From positions 3,348,001-3,412,000 of the forward strand of contig OX597818.1 of the NCBI GenBank assembly GCA_951406725.2: DNA of 64,000 nt, written 5' to 3'. This document shows positions 30,264-45,390 of the stretch, one piece after another (position 1 is the stretch's first letter; each line of letters begins with the position of its first letter). A program made the translations under genes and the position numbers. The notes under the pieces were generated by a model. It saw only the letters and a list, made by a program, of their open reading frames with translations, did not search any database and had not been told where the DNA came from. The DNA comes from Octopus vulgaris. Taxonomy: Eukaryota.

Positions 30264-30845
30264 GCCAAATAAACACATGCACTATATATATATTTCTTCA
30301 CTCGTTTATTGCTGTTCTTATTTTATTATTTTAACTCATGTCTATTGTCCGGAAATCTGTGACCTCTTCGGCGACACTTTTCGTTTTCGTGTGTGTTCTT
30401 GCTCCACTTACTCCATTTTGTTACTCTAAGATGTGTATCCTTATGTGCGCATGCATTTGTGTCCTTATTTGTGTGTGTGTGTGTGTGTGTAGTTGTGTTG
30501 TTGACACTGTTATGGCCGTACATGAAGTTTCATTTGTGTGTGTATAGGTTCGCTTTATATGTATCCACACACACACGTGAAACTTCACGGAGGCCGTAAC
30601 AAAGTCAGCAATACAACTAACACGGGGTCAGCAGCGGCGGTACCATCAATGGCAATAACAACAACAGCTACCACGATGACAACATCGTGGGCGAACACAC
30701 ATACACAGAGGAATACAGGAACTGTAGCATGTTTTTTCGGGTCTTAGGACAGCAGCAGCATAATAGGGTGAGATGATGGAGCTGAGGAGAAGGCCACACT
30801 GCTGTTAAAGACTATGACACATACAGACACGTGCGCGCGCGCACG

Positions 30846-30904
<59 letters not shown>

Positions 30905-31101
30905 GAACACAAACGAATGCGCGCATAAGTATACCTATCTTAGAAGAACAGAATGGAGTAAGTAGAGCAAGAACACACACGAAAATGAAAAGTGTCGCCA
31001 AAGACGAAAGATTTACAGTCAATGGACTTGAGTTAAAATAATAAAATAAGAACAGCAATAAACAAGAAAAAAATATATATAGTGCGTGTGTTTATTTGGC
31101 A
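30264..31101. repeat. ~200-bp inverted repeats around microsatellite-rich spacer
   Basis: tgccaaataaacacatgcact...gtgtcctt vs aagaacac...gtgtttatttggca. Confidence 0.75.
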
Positions 31102-31129
31102 AAAAAAATGTATGTATGTGTAAGCGTCT

Positions 31130-31455
31130 ATTCTTGTTTCAGTCATTTGACTGTGGCCATGCTGGAGCACCGCCTTTAGTCGAGCAAATCGACCTCAGGA
31201 CTTATTCTTTGTAAGCCTGGTACTTATTCTATCGGTTTCTTTTCCAGAACCGCTAAGTTACGGCGACGTAAGCACACCAGCAAGCGATGTTGGGGGGAAC
31301 AAACACAGACACACAAACATATACACACACATATATATAACGGGCTTCTTTCAGTTTCCGTCTACCAAATCCACTCACAAGGCTTTGGTCGACCCGAGGC
31401 TATAGTAGAAGACACTTGCCCAAGGTGCCACGCAGTGGGACTAAACCCGGAACCA
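31130..31455 (-). mobile_element. tRNA-SINE family 1
   Basis: Reverse complement match to 56173-56630. Confidence 0.9.
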
Positions 31456-32441
31456 CACAGCCACCCCTACACCTATGTATATTAGAATCAAAGAGTTGTT
31501 TTATAGTCAGGACTGCATAAAATATGCGTAATTATGATTGACAAATTGATTAAATTGGATAAAAGATGACTAAATACTCGATAAAAAATGTCGAAATACA
31601 TACCTTTGGTAGATACAGGCCGGAGATGCTATAATGTTACGTAAATCACGGAGTGGTGATCACTGAAATTCACAGACGCATTCAAACTACAGGCATACAC
31701 TCTTCATTTCTTCACCATGTAGATTGTAGTTATAGGAAAATGATATTAATGTTATATCTGTCTTTTAACTTCAACTCAACTGCTCAAAACAACACAGGCA
31801 GATTACTGAAGTCAGTAAATGACCAACAACTGGTTCTTTCTGCAATACATACATACGTACATACGTACATACATACATACATACATAGCCGCATTAAATA
31901 AATAAATAAATAAAGAAAGAAAAATATAGAGGAGGTATGACGTGAATGAATCTGGACGTTTTATTGCCACTTTAAGAAATGGTGGTGCTGGTGGGTTTTA
32001 ATGTGGTTATGCTGATTGGTCAGTGGACAGCGACTGTAATAGAGAGGGAGAAACATAATATGTGTGCGTGCGTGTGTGTGCGTGTATGTGAGTGTGCGCG
32101 CGTACACATGTTCACATCTTACTCTTACCAGCTCATCTCAGTCTTGTGTGAAGAACATTACAGGGAGATTGTGCGTGTGTGTGCGTATGTATGTGCGCAT
32201 GTCTATCAATGTAAATTTCACTGTTATATTCTTTTTATATGATTTCTATTGACAAAATTCCATCACTTTTGTTATCAACATTTTTTTGGAATGACTACTA
32301 TTTGTAACCAAGCAAACGTCCCTCATCCCTTATTGTCTCTTTGTTTCACTCTTCCTCTCTCTCCTCCCTCTCTCTCTCTTTCTATGCATGTATGTATAAT
32401 GTGTGTATGTGTGTGTGTACACACGCACACACGCATACACG

Positions 32442-32485
<44 letters not shown>

Positions 32486-32539
32486 CATACATACATACAT
32501 ATATATATATATACATACATACATATCTATCTATCTATG

Positions 32540-32667
<128 letters not shown>

Positions 32668-32774
32668 ATAAAGTTAATCCAGATATGAAAACACAAACAG
32701 AAAACAAAACAACACGAGGACGTGGAACAAGTATAGTGTTAATGGACGCTCGGGAAGGAAAGAAAGAAGGAGGA

Positions 32775-32807
32775 TTTAACGTTTCGAGCGGAGCTCTTCG
32801 TCAGAAA
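32775..32807 (-). ncRNA. Ultra-minimal type I hammerhead motif (33 nt) in pLTR fragment 32660-32850
   Basis: ttt-CTGACGA-a-gagc(tcc)gctc-GAAAC-GT-T-aaa; no loop III, AACGTT palindrome. Confidence 0.65.
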
Positions 32808-32852
32808 CTTAGAAAAAGGAAAGATCCAAGGAAGGAAAGACGGAGGAATATA

Positions 32853-33690
32853 TCTATATATATACAAAACTCAACTTGTGTGTCTGTGTGTGTATCTGTG
32901 TGTGTGTATGTGTGTTTAACTTCCCGGCACATCTCCTCCTAGCCAACAAATCGTAGAACCACCAAAAATGGGTCACTTAAAGTTTAGGCGAATGAAAATT
33001 GAACTGCGCTATTTCTGTTCCGGAATTCATCTCGCAAGTGCAAAAATCGATAATGTGTTTGTTTAGGCCTTATTCCATGCATTGAATAGTGAACTTTACT
33101 CAGTCAGCTGTTTGACGTGAACTGTGTTCACCACGCGTGCAAGCATGCGTAAATTGCATGAAAAATAAAAAATCAAGATATAAAAACGAATCGCCGTAAA
33201 CATTGTAGAAATTCGGCAAAGAAATGAATTTTCGGGATGTAGCCTGGAGGGTTTTTTCGTATTAATCGTTTGGACTTTGTGAACACATACCAATTGTTTT
33301 CATAACATTTTTAACGCTTTGAATTAAATGTGACCATTGTGCGTTGAGTCTGCAGTTTGAATCACTTTAACCAAATTTTAGCAGGCCGGATTTTTGATCA
33401 TCACGATACATCACCAGCGACTCCCTGAAACTCTCCCCTGAAATCCCCGTTGCTAAATACTGATCTAAAAGAATAATTCAACAATTCAATTATTTGATCA
33501 GCAAAAATTTATGAAACGCTTCTACGTACTTCCTATTGAGGAAATGGAACACATAAGCGCAAAAATAGAGGGCATTAAATGCTTGATTTTAAAACCAAAA
33601 TAATTGAATTTTGATTGAACTTCATCCAAGTTTAGCTTAATTCGCACGTGCACAGAACGCACGAGCGCACGAGCCGGGCAATACCACTAG
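32853..33690 (+). mobile_element. Non-autonomous Helitron
   Basis: A|TCtatatatatacaaaac 5' end; GC-rich subterminal segment and CTAG|T. Confidence 0.7.
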
Positions 33691-34114
33691 TATATATATA
33701 ACTGCTACAACCCCAACCACCACAAAGGTTGCCAAAATTACGACCAACAGTAACTACTGCTAGGACAGCCACAAGTTACTACTACTACGACCAACAATCA
33801 CTACTGTTGCTACCATTGGAACACAAGGTAACAAAAAAGCGGTTCCTTTTGATACTAGCAAGAAACAATAATGAATTTCTTCATTACACTCAACTGTAAT
33901 ATAACAATTATACCAACTACCGACAAAACACCACCACATGGATTCTATTGAGAACAGTAAGAAACGATTATGAACTTTTCTATTGCACTTTTTATAATAT
34001 TTTTGATAGGGTTCGTTTTTTCAAGAACCGAAACATGTAAAATTCATAAGAAAATTAAAATTTATCTAATATAGTGGCGTTTTCAAACTTCTTTTTTACA
34101 AATATATATATATA

Positions 34115-35794
34115 CACTTGCGTCGGAAATTAATTAGCACTTCTCAAATTTTTACATTTTCTTACATTTTCTTAATTTAATTAATTTATTATCAGAAACG
34201 AACTCGTTTTTAATCAAAAATTTATTGAAACATATCCCAGCACAGCACATAATTGTTATTAATCGTGAAATTTAGTCAATATCTTGGTGCTCCTCCTTTG
34301 GCAGCAATGACAGCTGCTACGCGGGTCGGCATGCTGTCTATGAGTGCCTGCAGGTACTGTGCAGGGATGGCCCCCCATGCAGCAAGAAGTGCCCCAAACA
34401 GCTCGTGTCGGTTCCTGTATTGTTGCACATTCAAATCCCTACCCAATCGACTCCAGAGGTTCTCAATAGGGTTCAGGTCAGGTGACTGGCCAGGCCAGTC
34501 CATGACTGTCACCCCATGGTCCTTGAAGAAACCGGTTGTGAGCTTGGCTGTGTGGGAAGGCGCGCTGTCCTGCTGGAGCAGTACTCCTCGCCACTATCTC
34601 AACGTACTTTGCTGCGTTGATGTTGCATAGAGCCGCCCAACACCACTGTAGCTGAACGCCCCTCACACCATCAGACCACCCCACCTTGCTTCATGGTGGG
34701 AGCAATGCAGTCTTTGTTGAAGCGCTCACCCCTGCGGCGTCGCACATGGACAGGCTTGTCACTGACGAGACTGAATCGCGACTCGTCAGTGAACATCACT
34801 GTCCGCCACTGCTGCACGGTCCATGTCTTGTGGGCACGGGCCCAGAGCAGCCGCCTCTTCCGGTTTTGGGCTGTAAGGAGCGGCTTACGGGTGGCCCTAC
34901 AGGATTTTAGACCAGCTTCCAGTAATCTGGTCTTGACGGTGGTTGTAGACAACTGCTTCCCTGTCATCTTTTGTATCTCCTCCGCCAGTTGCCGGCTCGT
35001 TGCCCTTCGGTTGTACAGTGACCTTCGGATCAGCATCCGGTCCTCCCGCTGGGTCGTCAGCCTCTTCCGTCCCCTACCCTTTTTGTCAGCTGCTGATCCG
35101 GTTTCCTCGTATTTCTTAAATAAGCACTGAATTGTGCGCCTGGCTACACCAAGTTTTCTGGCTATTGCAACCTCCGACAGCTTCCCACGCCACGAGAGAG
35201 CCTCGTACCGTCTCTCCAAGGTCATGCGAAGTCTTGGGCCCATCAAGGAATGAACGATAAAAACCAGTTATTTTCATTAAAACTATTCATTTGAATAATG
35301 TTATGCTATAACAAAACTGCTATGAGTTATTATTCATTAAACAAAAAGAAAGAAAGCAGAATTTCTCACCTTATTTGATGTATAACAGAAAGTTTTGTGA
35401 ACCGGAAGTGACGTCACCAAGCAGAGTGTAGGAGAATTTGTGAGGAAAAAAAATCTTGCAAATACACAAATCAATTAACCTACAAGCTGTTCAAAACGTC
35501 TTACGCGATGAGAAAACTTAGTACGGTGTGATTTCGGTCCTTGCGAGGCGCTACCTATATCTATTAAACAAAGGAAGATTTGTCTGCATCCGCACTCCAA
35601 GTTGTTGTTGCACTGCTATGTCAACATCATTAGGCTGTAGACTGTCAAACCGCTCTGCAAACAAAGTTACGTCATCGTTCTGCACAACAGTGAACTCGCA
35701 ACAAAGCAATAGTTCAAGATATGGCCACTAGGTGACAGCAAATACCTTGAGTGAAGAGCAAATCAAGGGTGCTAATTAATTTCTGACGGTAGTG
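34115..35794 (-). mobile_element. Tc1 (DD34E) transposon, both TIRs present, disrupted transposase 34276-35246
   Basis: TIR cacttgcgtcggaaattaattagcac / gtgctaattaatttctgacggtagtg, TA flanks; FTDESRF, QQDSAPSH, WPGQSPDLNPIENLW (34 residues D to E). Confidence 0.95.
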
Positions 35795-35811
35795 TATATA
35801 TATATATATAT

Positions 35812-36083
35812 ATTCTTTTATTCATTCACTTGTTTCAGTCATTTGACTGCGGTCATGCTGGAGCACCGCCTTTTAGTCGAAGAAATCGACCCCACGGCTT
35901 ATTCTTTGTAAGCCTGGTAATTATTCTATCGTTCTCTTTTCCAGAACCGCTAAGTTACGGGGATGTAAGCATACTAACATCGGTTGTCAAGTGATGGTGA
36001 GGGGGAACAAACACACACACACACACATATACTGTTTGTTTTCTACACCACCTGTATTCGTCTTTTGTTTTTTCGTGAACTCT

Positions 36084-36119
<36 letters not shown>

Positions 36120-36252
36120 GGCTTCTTTCAGTTTCCGTCCACCAAATCCACTCACAAGGCTTTGGTCGATCCGAGGCTATAGTAGAAGACACTTGCCCAA
36201 GGTGCTACGCAGTGGGCCTAAACCCTGAACCATGTGATTGGGAGGAAGCTTG
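35812..36252 (-). mobile_element. tRNA-SINE family 1 body; its head lies at 38919-38960, split by an insertion
   Basis: Reverse complement match to family 1; missing head ggcgcaggcgtggttgggtgg found at 38935-38957. Confidence 0.8.
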
Positions 36253-38918
36253 TTTACTTCAAAAATTTTGCCATAAAGGCATGACACAGAGTAGCTTGTT
36301 GGTTGGATAAAAACATTGATGAGGTGAATGATGAAAAAAGGATGATATTAATGGGAGAAGACAAAAAACGCCCGTCGACTTTTTGCTTCTTTAAAACATT
36401 ATTCTCTTTTTTTTTCACAGAAAAAAGACAAAACGAGGTATCGAACCTCTTATTTCAGTTTTACAATTATTGGACTAATAGTCCATGTAAAAATTGGGGC
36501 GTTAAGCCTCTTAAACACAATAACATACATTAAGCATTATACAATAAACATTATAACACTGAGGTTTTTCAACCTCTTGTCACTATCCATCCCCAACATC
36601 GCTTGTGCCCGTATACTCCGCCATCACCTAAATTCAAAAGCAAGGCGGGATCCGAGTCTGCGTCGCCCGGCCACAAGCTATATTCCTCATTGAGTCCCTG
36701 CAGCCTACGCATCACGGGCAACGTTATGACCTCCACAGCTATCTGCAGAGGCCATTCGAGATCTATGTGAAGATTAAAGGTACTCCCTTATGGTGATTTT
36801 CCACCACCTTTTCTACCTCTCCGCCGCTGTAGAAGAAGACCAATAGTTCTTCTTCCTCCGGCTTCGAGGTAGTCAATTCTACAGTTGGCGACACAATTCC
36901 CCCCATCAGTGTCTCTTCCCTTGCCGGTGGCACAACCCCTGTCGGCAAGGTTCCGGGACATTCCGGTGCTATGTCTCCGACTGCCGGCAATGTCCTGTTT
37001 CTCTTCCTCTTCCTCTTTCTTTTCTTCTCAACTGATGGAGGGTACGTCTCCTCCGTGACCAGGAGATTCGTCTCCCCTCCCTCATCCCTAGGAACCTTCA
37101 GTGAGCAGCCACTGTTGCTCACCTTCTTCCTCTTGCGGCCCTTCTTTGAGGAGTCCTCCGTCTCCTCGGCTGCCTTCGTTTTTTCTTCTACAAAGGCCTC
37201 AATCAACTGCTCCAGGACTTTGCTTTGTTCCTCAGGACAGTTTTTCTTTATATGGCCAGGCTCCAGGAACCGATGACACCTGGTGAGGCGACCCTCAAGA
37301 ATCACCAGGTACCTGCACCCGGCCATTTTCAAAAAATCTGGCATAACCAGATTCGTGGCTGATTGGGTCCACAAGGTCAAAACAGCTTTTGACCCAACCC
37401 AGTCAGCCGCAGGAAGAATTTTCTCATTGAGAAGCCTGGCTCCACTACCACCCAGACCCCGACGGATAGTATCCTCTATCCACTCGGGTTCAAATCTGGG
37501 TGGCAAACCACAGACCCAAGCCCTCGTCAATTTTTTCCCATAATAAGTGGGAAGAAACAAAATTTCTCTACCCTCAAAGGCCTGGCTCGCAAAACTGCGA
37601 GCCTCCTCTGAGGTGTCAAATAGCAACCACACAGTTATCACTTAAAGTTATACTTAATGGTTGGCAGATGTTCCGCCAACTCCTGCTCAATCAGCTGTTT
37701 GAAGAAGATGGCAATGGTGTCGAGGACCTTCGAATACGTTCTTAACACCACCGTCCTCTCCTCTTGCTGTCTGAGTCACTCCTTAGGTGGGACAATCTCC
37801 CACTCTACAATCTTATCTGTATTTTTTGCTATGTTTTAAATTAAAAAGTAAAAAGTCCAAAAAGTGGCTGTGTTGTAAGTAGCTTGCTTACCAACCACAT
37901 AGTTCCGGGTTCAGTCCCACTGCGTGGCATCTTGGGCAAGTGTCTTTTGCTATAGCCTCGGGCCGACCAATGGCTTGTGAGTGGAATTGGTAGACGGAAA
38001 CTGAAAGAAGCCTGTCGTATATATGTATATATATGTATGTGTGTGTATATGTTTGTGTTTCTGTGTTTGTCCCCCCAACATCGCTTGACAACCGATGCTG
38101 GTGTGTTTACGTTTCCGTCACTTAGCGGTTCGGCAAAAGAGACCGATAGAATAAGTAGTGGGCTTACAAAGAATAAGTCCCGGGGTAGATTTTCTCGACT
38201 AAAGGCGGTGCTCCAGCATGGCCGCAGTCAAATGACTGAAACAAGTAAAAAGAGAAAAAGAGAAAGAGAATAGTTCACAAATTTCAAAAAGAAAAGAGAG
38301 AAATCAAAAGGAAACAAAAGGGAAGAAGAGAAAAAGCAAACAGTTCAATAGAGTCACAGTAGAAGAAGAAAACAACAGTTCAACAAAACAGCCAAAAAAA
38401 TCTTCTGGGCATTCAGGTACTCCAAGCCCTATGGTACTCCGATAAGAACCTAGATTGCTCCACTTGAAATACAATTTTCCAATTATTGGTAAACGTTGTT
38501 GTAAAAACACACTATTCACAAACAGCGAACAACTTTTGGTAACAGGATACGCCTCAAAACTATACTTCACACAATGAGAAAAAATGTTTACTTAATGTGA
38601 ACACTTGAAATACACCTTTCCAATTATTGGTATATGTTCACAAAAAAGTGAACAATTTTTTGTGGCAGGATACGCCCCCAAACTATACCTCTCACAATGA
38701 GAAAAAAATTTTCACTTAATGTGAACAATATTGCTGAACTGCAAGCAGACCAAAGTCCTGAATCCAGTGAGAACTCCTTGTTTGTAAAAAAATATTACCA
38801 CAGACAACAACCCCCACTGGATCCAAGAGACAAAGGCCTTACCTTGCAGCAGCTACTTTTTCGTCGGCTAAAACACCACCGGCTATCTTCTTCAGTGCAC
38901 AACACAATGACGCATGCC
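36253..38918 (-). mobile_element. ORF1-only Tx1-derived retroelement with 16-bp TSD
   Basis: TSD attgggaggaagcttg / attgggagcaagctcg; ORF 36763-37641 resembles Tx1 ORF1 (LFLPTYYGKK, LEGR..CHRFLEPGHIKKNC); no EN/RT; 5' tandem units 38461-38727. Confidence 0.7.
37862..38270 (+). mobile_element. tRNA-SINE family 1 nested in ORF1-only element
   Basis: Matches 56173-56630. Confidence 0.9.
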
Positions 38919-39419
38919 ATTGGGAGCAAGCTCGCCACCCAACCACGCCTGCGCCTACACACATATAATATATATTGTACCCTATACATTCATTAGGTAA
39001 CAATTTTCCATATTCAGAAGATATTACTTAAAATCACTCTTAATATTTATGAATTTGAAATTTTTTTCAACTCTATTTCAGCGTAGGTGCTTCCTCAGGT
39101 GTCGTGCTTTGTTTCTAAAATCATATTTAGATATTAAAGCTTTAAAGGCATTTATTACTTTACACTAATTGAATGCTTCCATTTGATTGTTACAAATGAA
39201 CAAAGGAACAAAGAAAGCAACAGTAATATAAAACAATTTTAACAACGGACAGTCTCAAAGAGAAAGCTTTCAACCATCCAAGTTGTTAGTCTGAGACAAC
39301 GACGTCATCTCAACGGTTAGCCAGAGAGGATTTTTAAAATGAGAATATCTGAAATAAACGCGACTGCTCTCACAAACGAGAATACTAAAAATGAACCCGG
39401 CCGCTCTCATAAATTAAGT

Positions 39420-39625
39420 AAATAAAACAGGAAAATAATCCAGGATCCTTGTCCGGTACTGGATCAATCCCAAAATCTAATCAGTTCGTGCCAGTCACAA
39501 AGTCAAACATCCCTGAAAGTTTCATCCAAATCCATCCAGCGGTTCTTGAGATATCTTGTCCACGGACAAACAAACAAACACGACTGAAAACAATACCTCC
39601 GCCTTCACTAAGGCAGAGGTAATAA
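39420..39625 (+). mobile_element. Helentron/HINE-like 3' end
   Basis: aagtttcatccaaatccatcc...(caaa)n...aaacaatacctccgccttcactaaggcagaggtaat terminal hairpin. Confidence 0.55.
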
Positions 39626-40500
39626 TATAATACATAAACAGAGTCACGTTACAAAGGTGGCACTGTGTCGAAACAACAGTTAAATCCACTTTAGTATTTC
39701 ACTGAAATTATTAACGGCAACAAGTTAATGTGTTAGCGTTGTTGTTGGCACTATGACGAGAACACAGGAAACTCTTCAACATTAATAACGCCTAAAGTGG
39801 TAAGATCTCAATTAGAAGATACTGTAAAACGCTTCTTTGTAAATTTAGACTGAGACAATATTGTCAATGACCCTCATCACTGTATTTCTAAATGACCTGG
39901 ACTACTTAACTTTCTTTATTACATTACTTTATTTTCTTATGTTTAGAAACTCATTGTTCTCCATTTACATACATGCATGTATACATACATAAAAAGTATA
40001 TATATAAAAGAGGAAAAAACTTGCACACTTTGGCTTTGGTAAGGATTCAATGGCACTAAACGTGCTAAGATCGAGCTGAAAATTTACACACCTATAGAAG
40101 GCGTGGTGTAGGTTTCAAGTCTCTATCTCGATAACAAAGGCCCGAAACAATACATTTTCGGCGAGTGAGTAGATGTCATACACTATTGCCTTGAGTTGTG
40201 TACACGCAACATGTTGGATTCTACGCGTGACTGTGCGCGTGTTTGCGCGAATGCAACGGAAAAACACTTTCAATTTTTGAGTTTTTCGAAAAACAAAATA
40301 TGAGCACATACGTAGAAAAATTTCCTGAATCGATTGGAGCAAGCTTGAATTCTCTAACTTGAAAAATGCAAATTCTAGCAGTTTTGAGTGTGCCTTTTTA
40401 AGGAGTTCTCAGTTGAAAATGGTGTCAAAAAATAGCTCAAAATGAGAGAATTATTTTGCAGACCGAATCACCTCAAAAATCGAACGGGAAGTGCTCTTAA

Positions 40501-40863
40501 TCTATATATATAAAGCTGAAGTTGTCTGTGTGTGGCAGGTTTGGTAACCTTCAAGTAACACTATCTCCTCCAAGACCATGTAGTGCCAGTTGACCAAAAT
40601 TGAGAGTATGATAGAAGATAAAATTCAAATCGGACCATGTTAAGACCAAAAATTATTTACATCAAAAAGGTGCTTTTTTTCTATGAAAATCGCTATTTTT
40701 TACGATTTTTTACTACTGTGTCGCCATTTTTCGGTGTATTTCAACCAGAAAAATGTTCACTTAAAGAGAATAACAAGCTACATAATGCAAAATTTTTACT
40801 TTTCAAAAATTCCAATTCTAAAGGGTCGAAACAAACCCGAGCAACGCCAGGCGATACTGCTAG
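40501..40863 (+). mobile_element. Non-autonomous Helitron
   Basis: A|TCtatatatataaagctg ... cccgagcaacgccaggcgatactgCTAG|T; same 3' end as 9018-9400. Confidence 0.8.
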
Positions 40864-40980
40864 TATATAATAAAAGAAGGAGAGTGCACAGAGCTTACAT
40901 AGTTTAATATATTAAAACTATGTAAACTATTACAACTCACCACGTGGGGAAATCGAAATTCGCTTCCTCCCTTTTTTCCT

Positions 40981-41060
<80 letters not shown>

Positions 41061-41183
41061 CGGTTGTTGTTAAGGTGTTGGTTGCCAGTATGCAAGATGA
41101 AAGAAGAACAGTGATTGAAGTTGTAAAGTGATATTTATTTACTGTCACTTTGTATATATCCCAAACCAGGTTGGTATGTATAA

Positions 41184-41990
41184 CTAGTAAATGGAAAAGC
41201 ATGCAAGGTAAAAAGAGTTAATTTCGGCCGGTATGTGTGTATACGATCTCATAGTATACAATCTACTGCTGCAAGTGAAAAAGAAAAGATGTTCATGCAA
41301 AAAAAAAAAAAAAGTTGACGAGAGTCTATATGAGTCTTAAATTCGTGCAAAAGTTCGTAGACAATGTAAGGTCTGTACGTTGGGACCAGACGAAAAACGT
41401 GTGTGTGTGTGCCAAAAACGTTACATGTGCGGGCTTCCGTATTTTCTTCCAGTTAGTTTCTGGGCATGTAGCTGTCGAAATGATGTATTTATTGACTTCC
41501 TTGGTGAGCAAATTCTTTGTGCATCGGCAGTATTGCATTGTTTTGAAGTGCGTCGTAGATTGCATCGCAGTATAGTTCTTTCTGTTGCACGTACTGTAAC
41601 AAGTGGAACGCGGGTGCATCTTGATGGTGAAAAAGGTTGTCATTCTTTTCCTCTGGTTTAGCGACTGTTGATATGAAGACTGTAGTTCTTTAGTTCGAAG
41701 TCAGCAAAATGCAGCGGCATGTAGCATTAGAAAGTAGCAATTGTTTTTAGACGAATTCACCAGTGTAATCGGTGTATGTGACAATTGTTCATGCGAAGGT
41801 GAAGGTGAAGGCGAAGGCGAAGGCTGCAACTCTTTAACTCGAGGTCACCAATTGTAATCGATGCATGTTATGGTGGAACGTCCGGTAAGTTAGTGTAATA
41901 GTATAACACAGTTCGTAAAGTATGCAAGGTAAAAAGAGTTAATTTCGGCCGGTATGTGTGTATACGATCTCATAGTAGTATATAGAGAGA
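41184..41990 (-). mobile_element. Helitron-like element with duplicated 55-bp 5' segment and possible Rep relic
   Basis: Minus 5' tctctctatatactac; direct repeat 41201-41255 / 41922-41976; YIISTATCPETNWKKI...QRTDLTL weakly resembles Rep FITFTCNPxWPEI..RPDL. Confidence 0.45.
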
Positions 41991-42457
41991 TATGATAATG
42001 TTACAGAGAAAAGAAAGCGAGTTAGTGAAAGTGAGAGTGGTGGGACGAAACAACTGCTTCGTTGGTGAGTTGCCATAGTTGTCCCCTTGTGTCTTTTCCT
42101 TTAAAGACGGCGTTTTGTTCGGCCGGTCAGCCAGACTCGGTTCTCACTAAATAACTCTTGCTTACGGAGTTCTTGTTTTTATAACTATCCAAAACCAGCT
42201 AGAAGGATAGACATACTGTTGAGAACAATAGATTTCGTTGGAGGTCTGATATCTTTAATCTAGCTTTTGGTAGCCGAGAAGAGGTTAGAAGGGTCAAGTG
42301 GCGAAGACATTATTTCGGCTTAGCGAAGGCGTCTGGTAAATGTAACTGTTGTCACTCACTAAAAAACTATTGTTTTACTGTGAGAAAAATGCTGTTGAAC
42401 TGTTAAGTGAAATTTGGCTATCGAGGATCGAATCCACGTCATACCTGCATGAAGCCA

Positions 42458-42544
<87 letters not shown>

Positions 42545-42866
42545 TACACACATACTGTTACTACTTACATCTCGCTCAGAGATTTAAAACTAATTGTTTT
42601 CCTCTTTACAAGATCAGTGACTGTGTGTCACTTTAAAAGTGTATACCTAGAACAACGCTTAGTGTTGCCGTCTCTAGTCAACGATTATCCTGTGCCGATG
42701 AGGGAAAATAACCTAGAAACCATGGTCCGTTTAAGGCTGAGTGGGGACATTAGCTCCTTTGTTCAAGGTATAAGGTCTCAGATGTGCGTTGACCAGCTGG
42801 AGTGGAGATGTTTTCCTGGGGCCTCATCCTAATCAGGAATGTCCCTTTACGTTGGCAAAAAGATTT

Positions 42867-44339
<1,473 letters not shown>

Positions 44340-44340
44340 A

Positions 44341-44599
44341 CTAGCAGCTAAGCCCGGTTTCACCCGGTTGGTTTGGATGATGTGACTGTAAAACCTGCTC
44401 CGTGTAAGCGTTCGACTTGTTTGGGAACGCTTACGTTAGAAAACAATTTTAGAATGACTTTTTTCTGTCAAAACGCTAAAAATAACTGACCAACAAAAAA
44501 CAAAAGAAAAAGGATTCAGCCAAATCGAAAAATAAACTCAAATACTAAGTGAACAAAGATGAAACATTCCACTTCCATTGCGCACACACACACGCGCGC

Positions 44600-44666
<67 letters not shown>

Positions 44667-45130
44667 TACAAGCACTCACACTCACACACGCAGACCCACA
44701 CATTCACATACACCCACATATATACACACAAAGTTGAAACGCTGTTTGATTTATTTTTTCAGCGTACAATTTTCATCATCCCACTACCAAGTATGACATT
44801 ACCCCTTCCTACTTTATTCATCTATCACCCCTTCCTTTCTCATTCATAAACACAAGAGTATTATTATAGTAGATTATCTCGGTAACCATGGAAGCTATGA
44901 AAGAATATGACATCACCCCTTCCTTCCTTATTCATCTCTCACCCCTTCCTTCCTCATTCGTAAACACAAGGGTATTATTATAGTAGATTATCTCGGTAAC
45001 GATGGGAGCTATGAAAAAATACAAAACCCAGCATCACCACCGGATCATTCTTCGCGCAATTCCACCCAGCCGTTTGATTGTGAATCCCAAGACAAGAAAC
45101 AATCGCCCATGTTACATTTATATGTATTGA
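44341..45130 (-). mobile_element. Non-autonomous Helitron with internal ~110-bp tandem duplication (44792-45015)
   Basis: Minus 3' ccgggtgaaaccgggcttagctgCTAG|T; minus 5' tcaatacatataaatg. Confidence 0.7.
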
Positions 45131-45218
45131 TAATTATTAAAGTATTTGTAAAATTTACCTATAAGGTTTTTATTTCCGCGCTGAACCCTTGGTAAAATCA
45201 TTAATGATTTTTACCCTT

Positions 45219-45305
<87 letters not shown>

Positions 45306-45390
45306 TGATTGATTGATTGATTCTAGTTTCAGCTTATGAGCTGTGGCCATGCTGGGGCACCGCCATTTGGTGTTGCTACTTGGTTTCACT

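Noticed and set aside
39068-39100. Hammerhead-like CTGAGGA-agc..gct-GAAA on minus strand
   Set aside because: Stem I absent and stem III weak; could be chance
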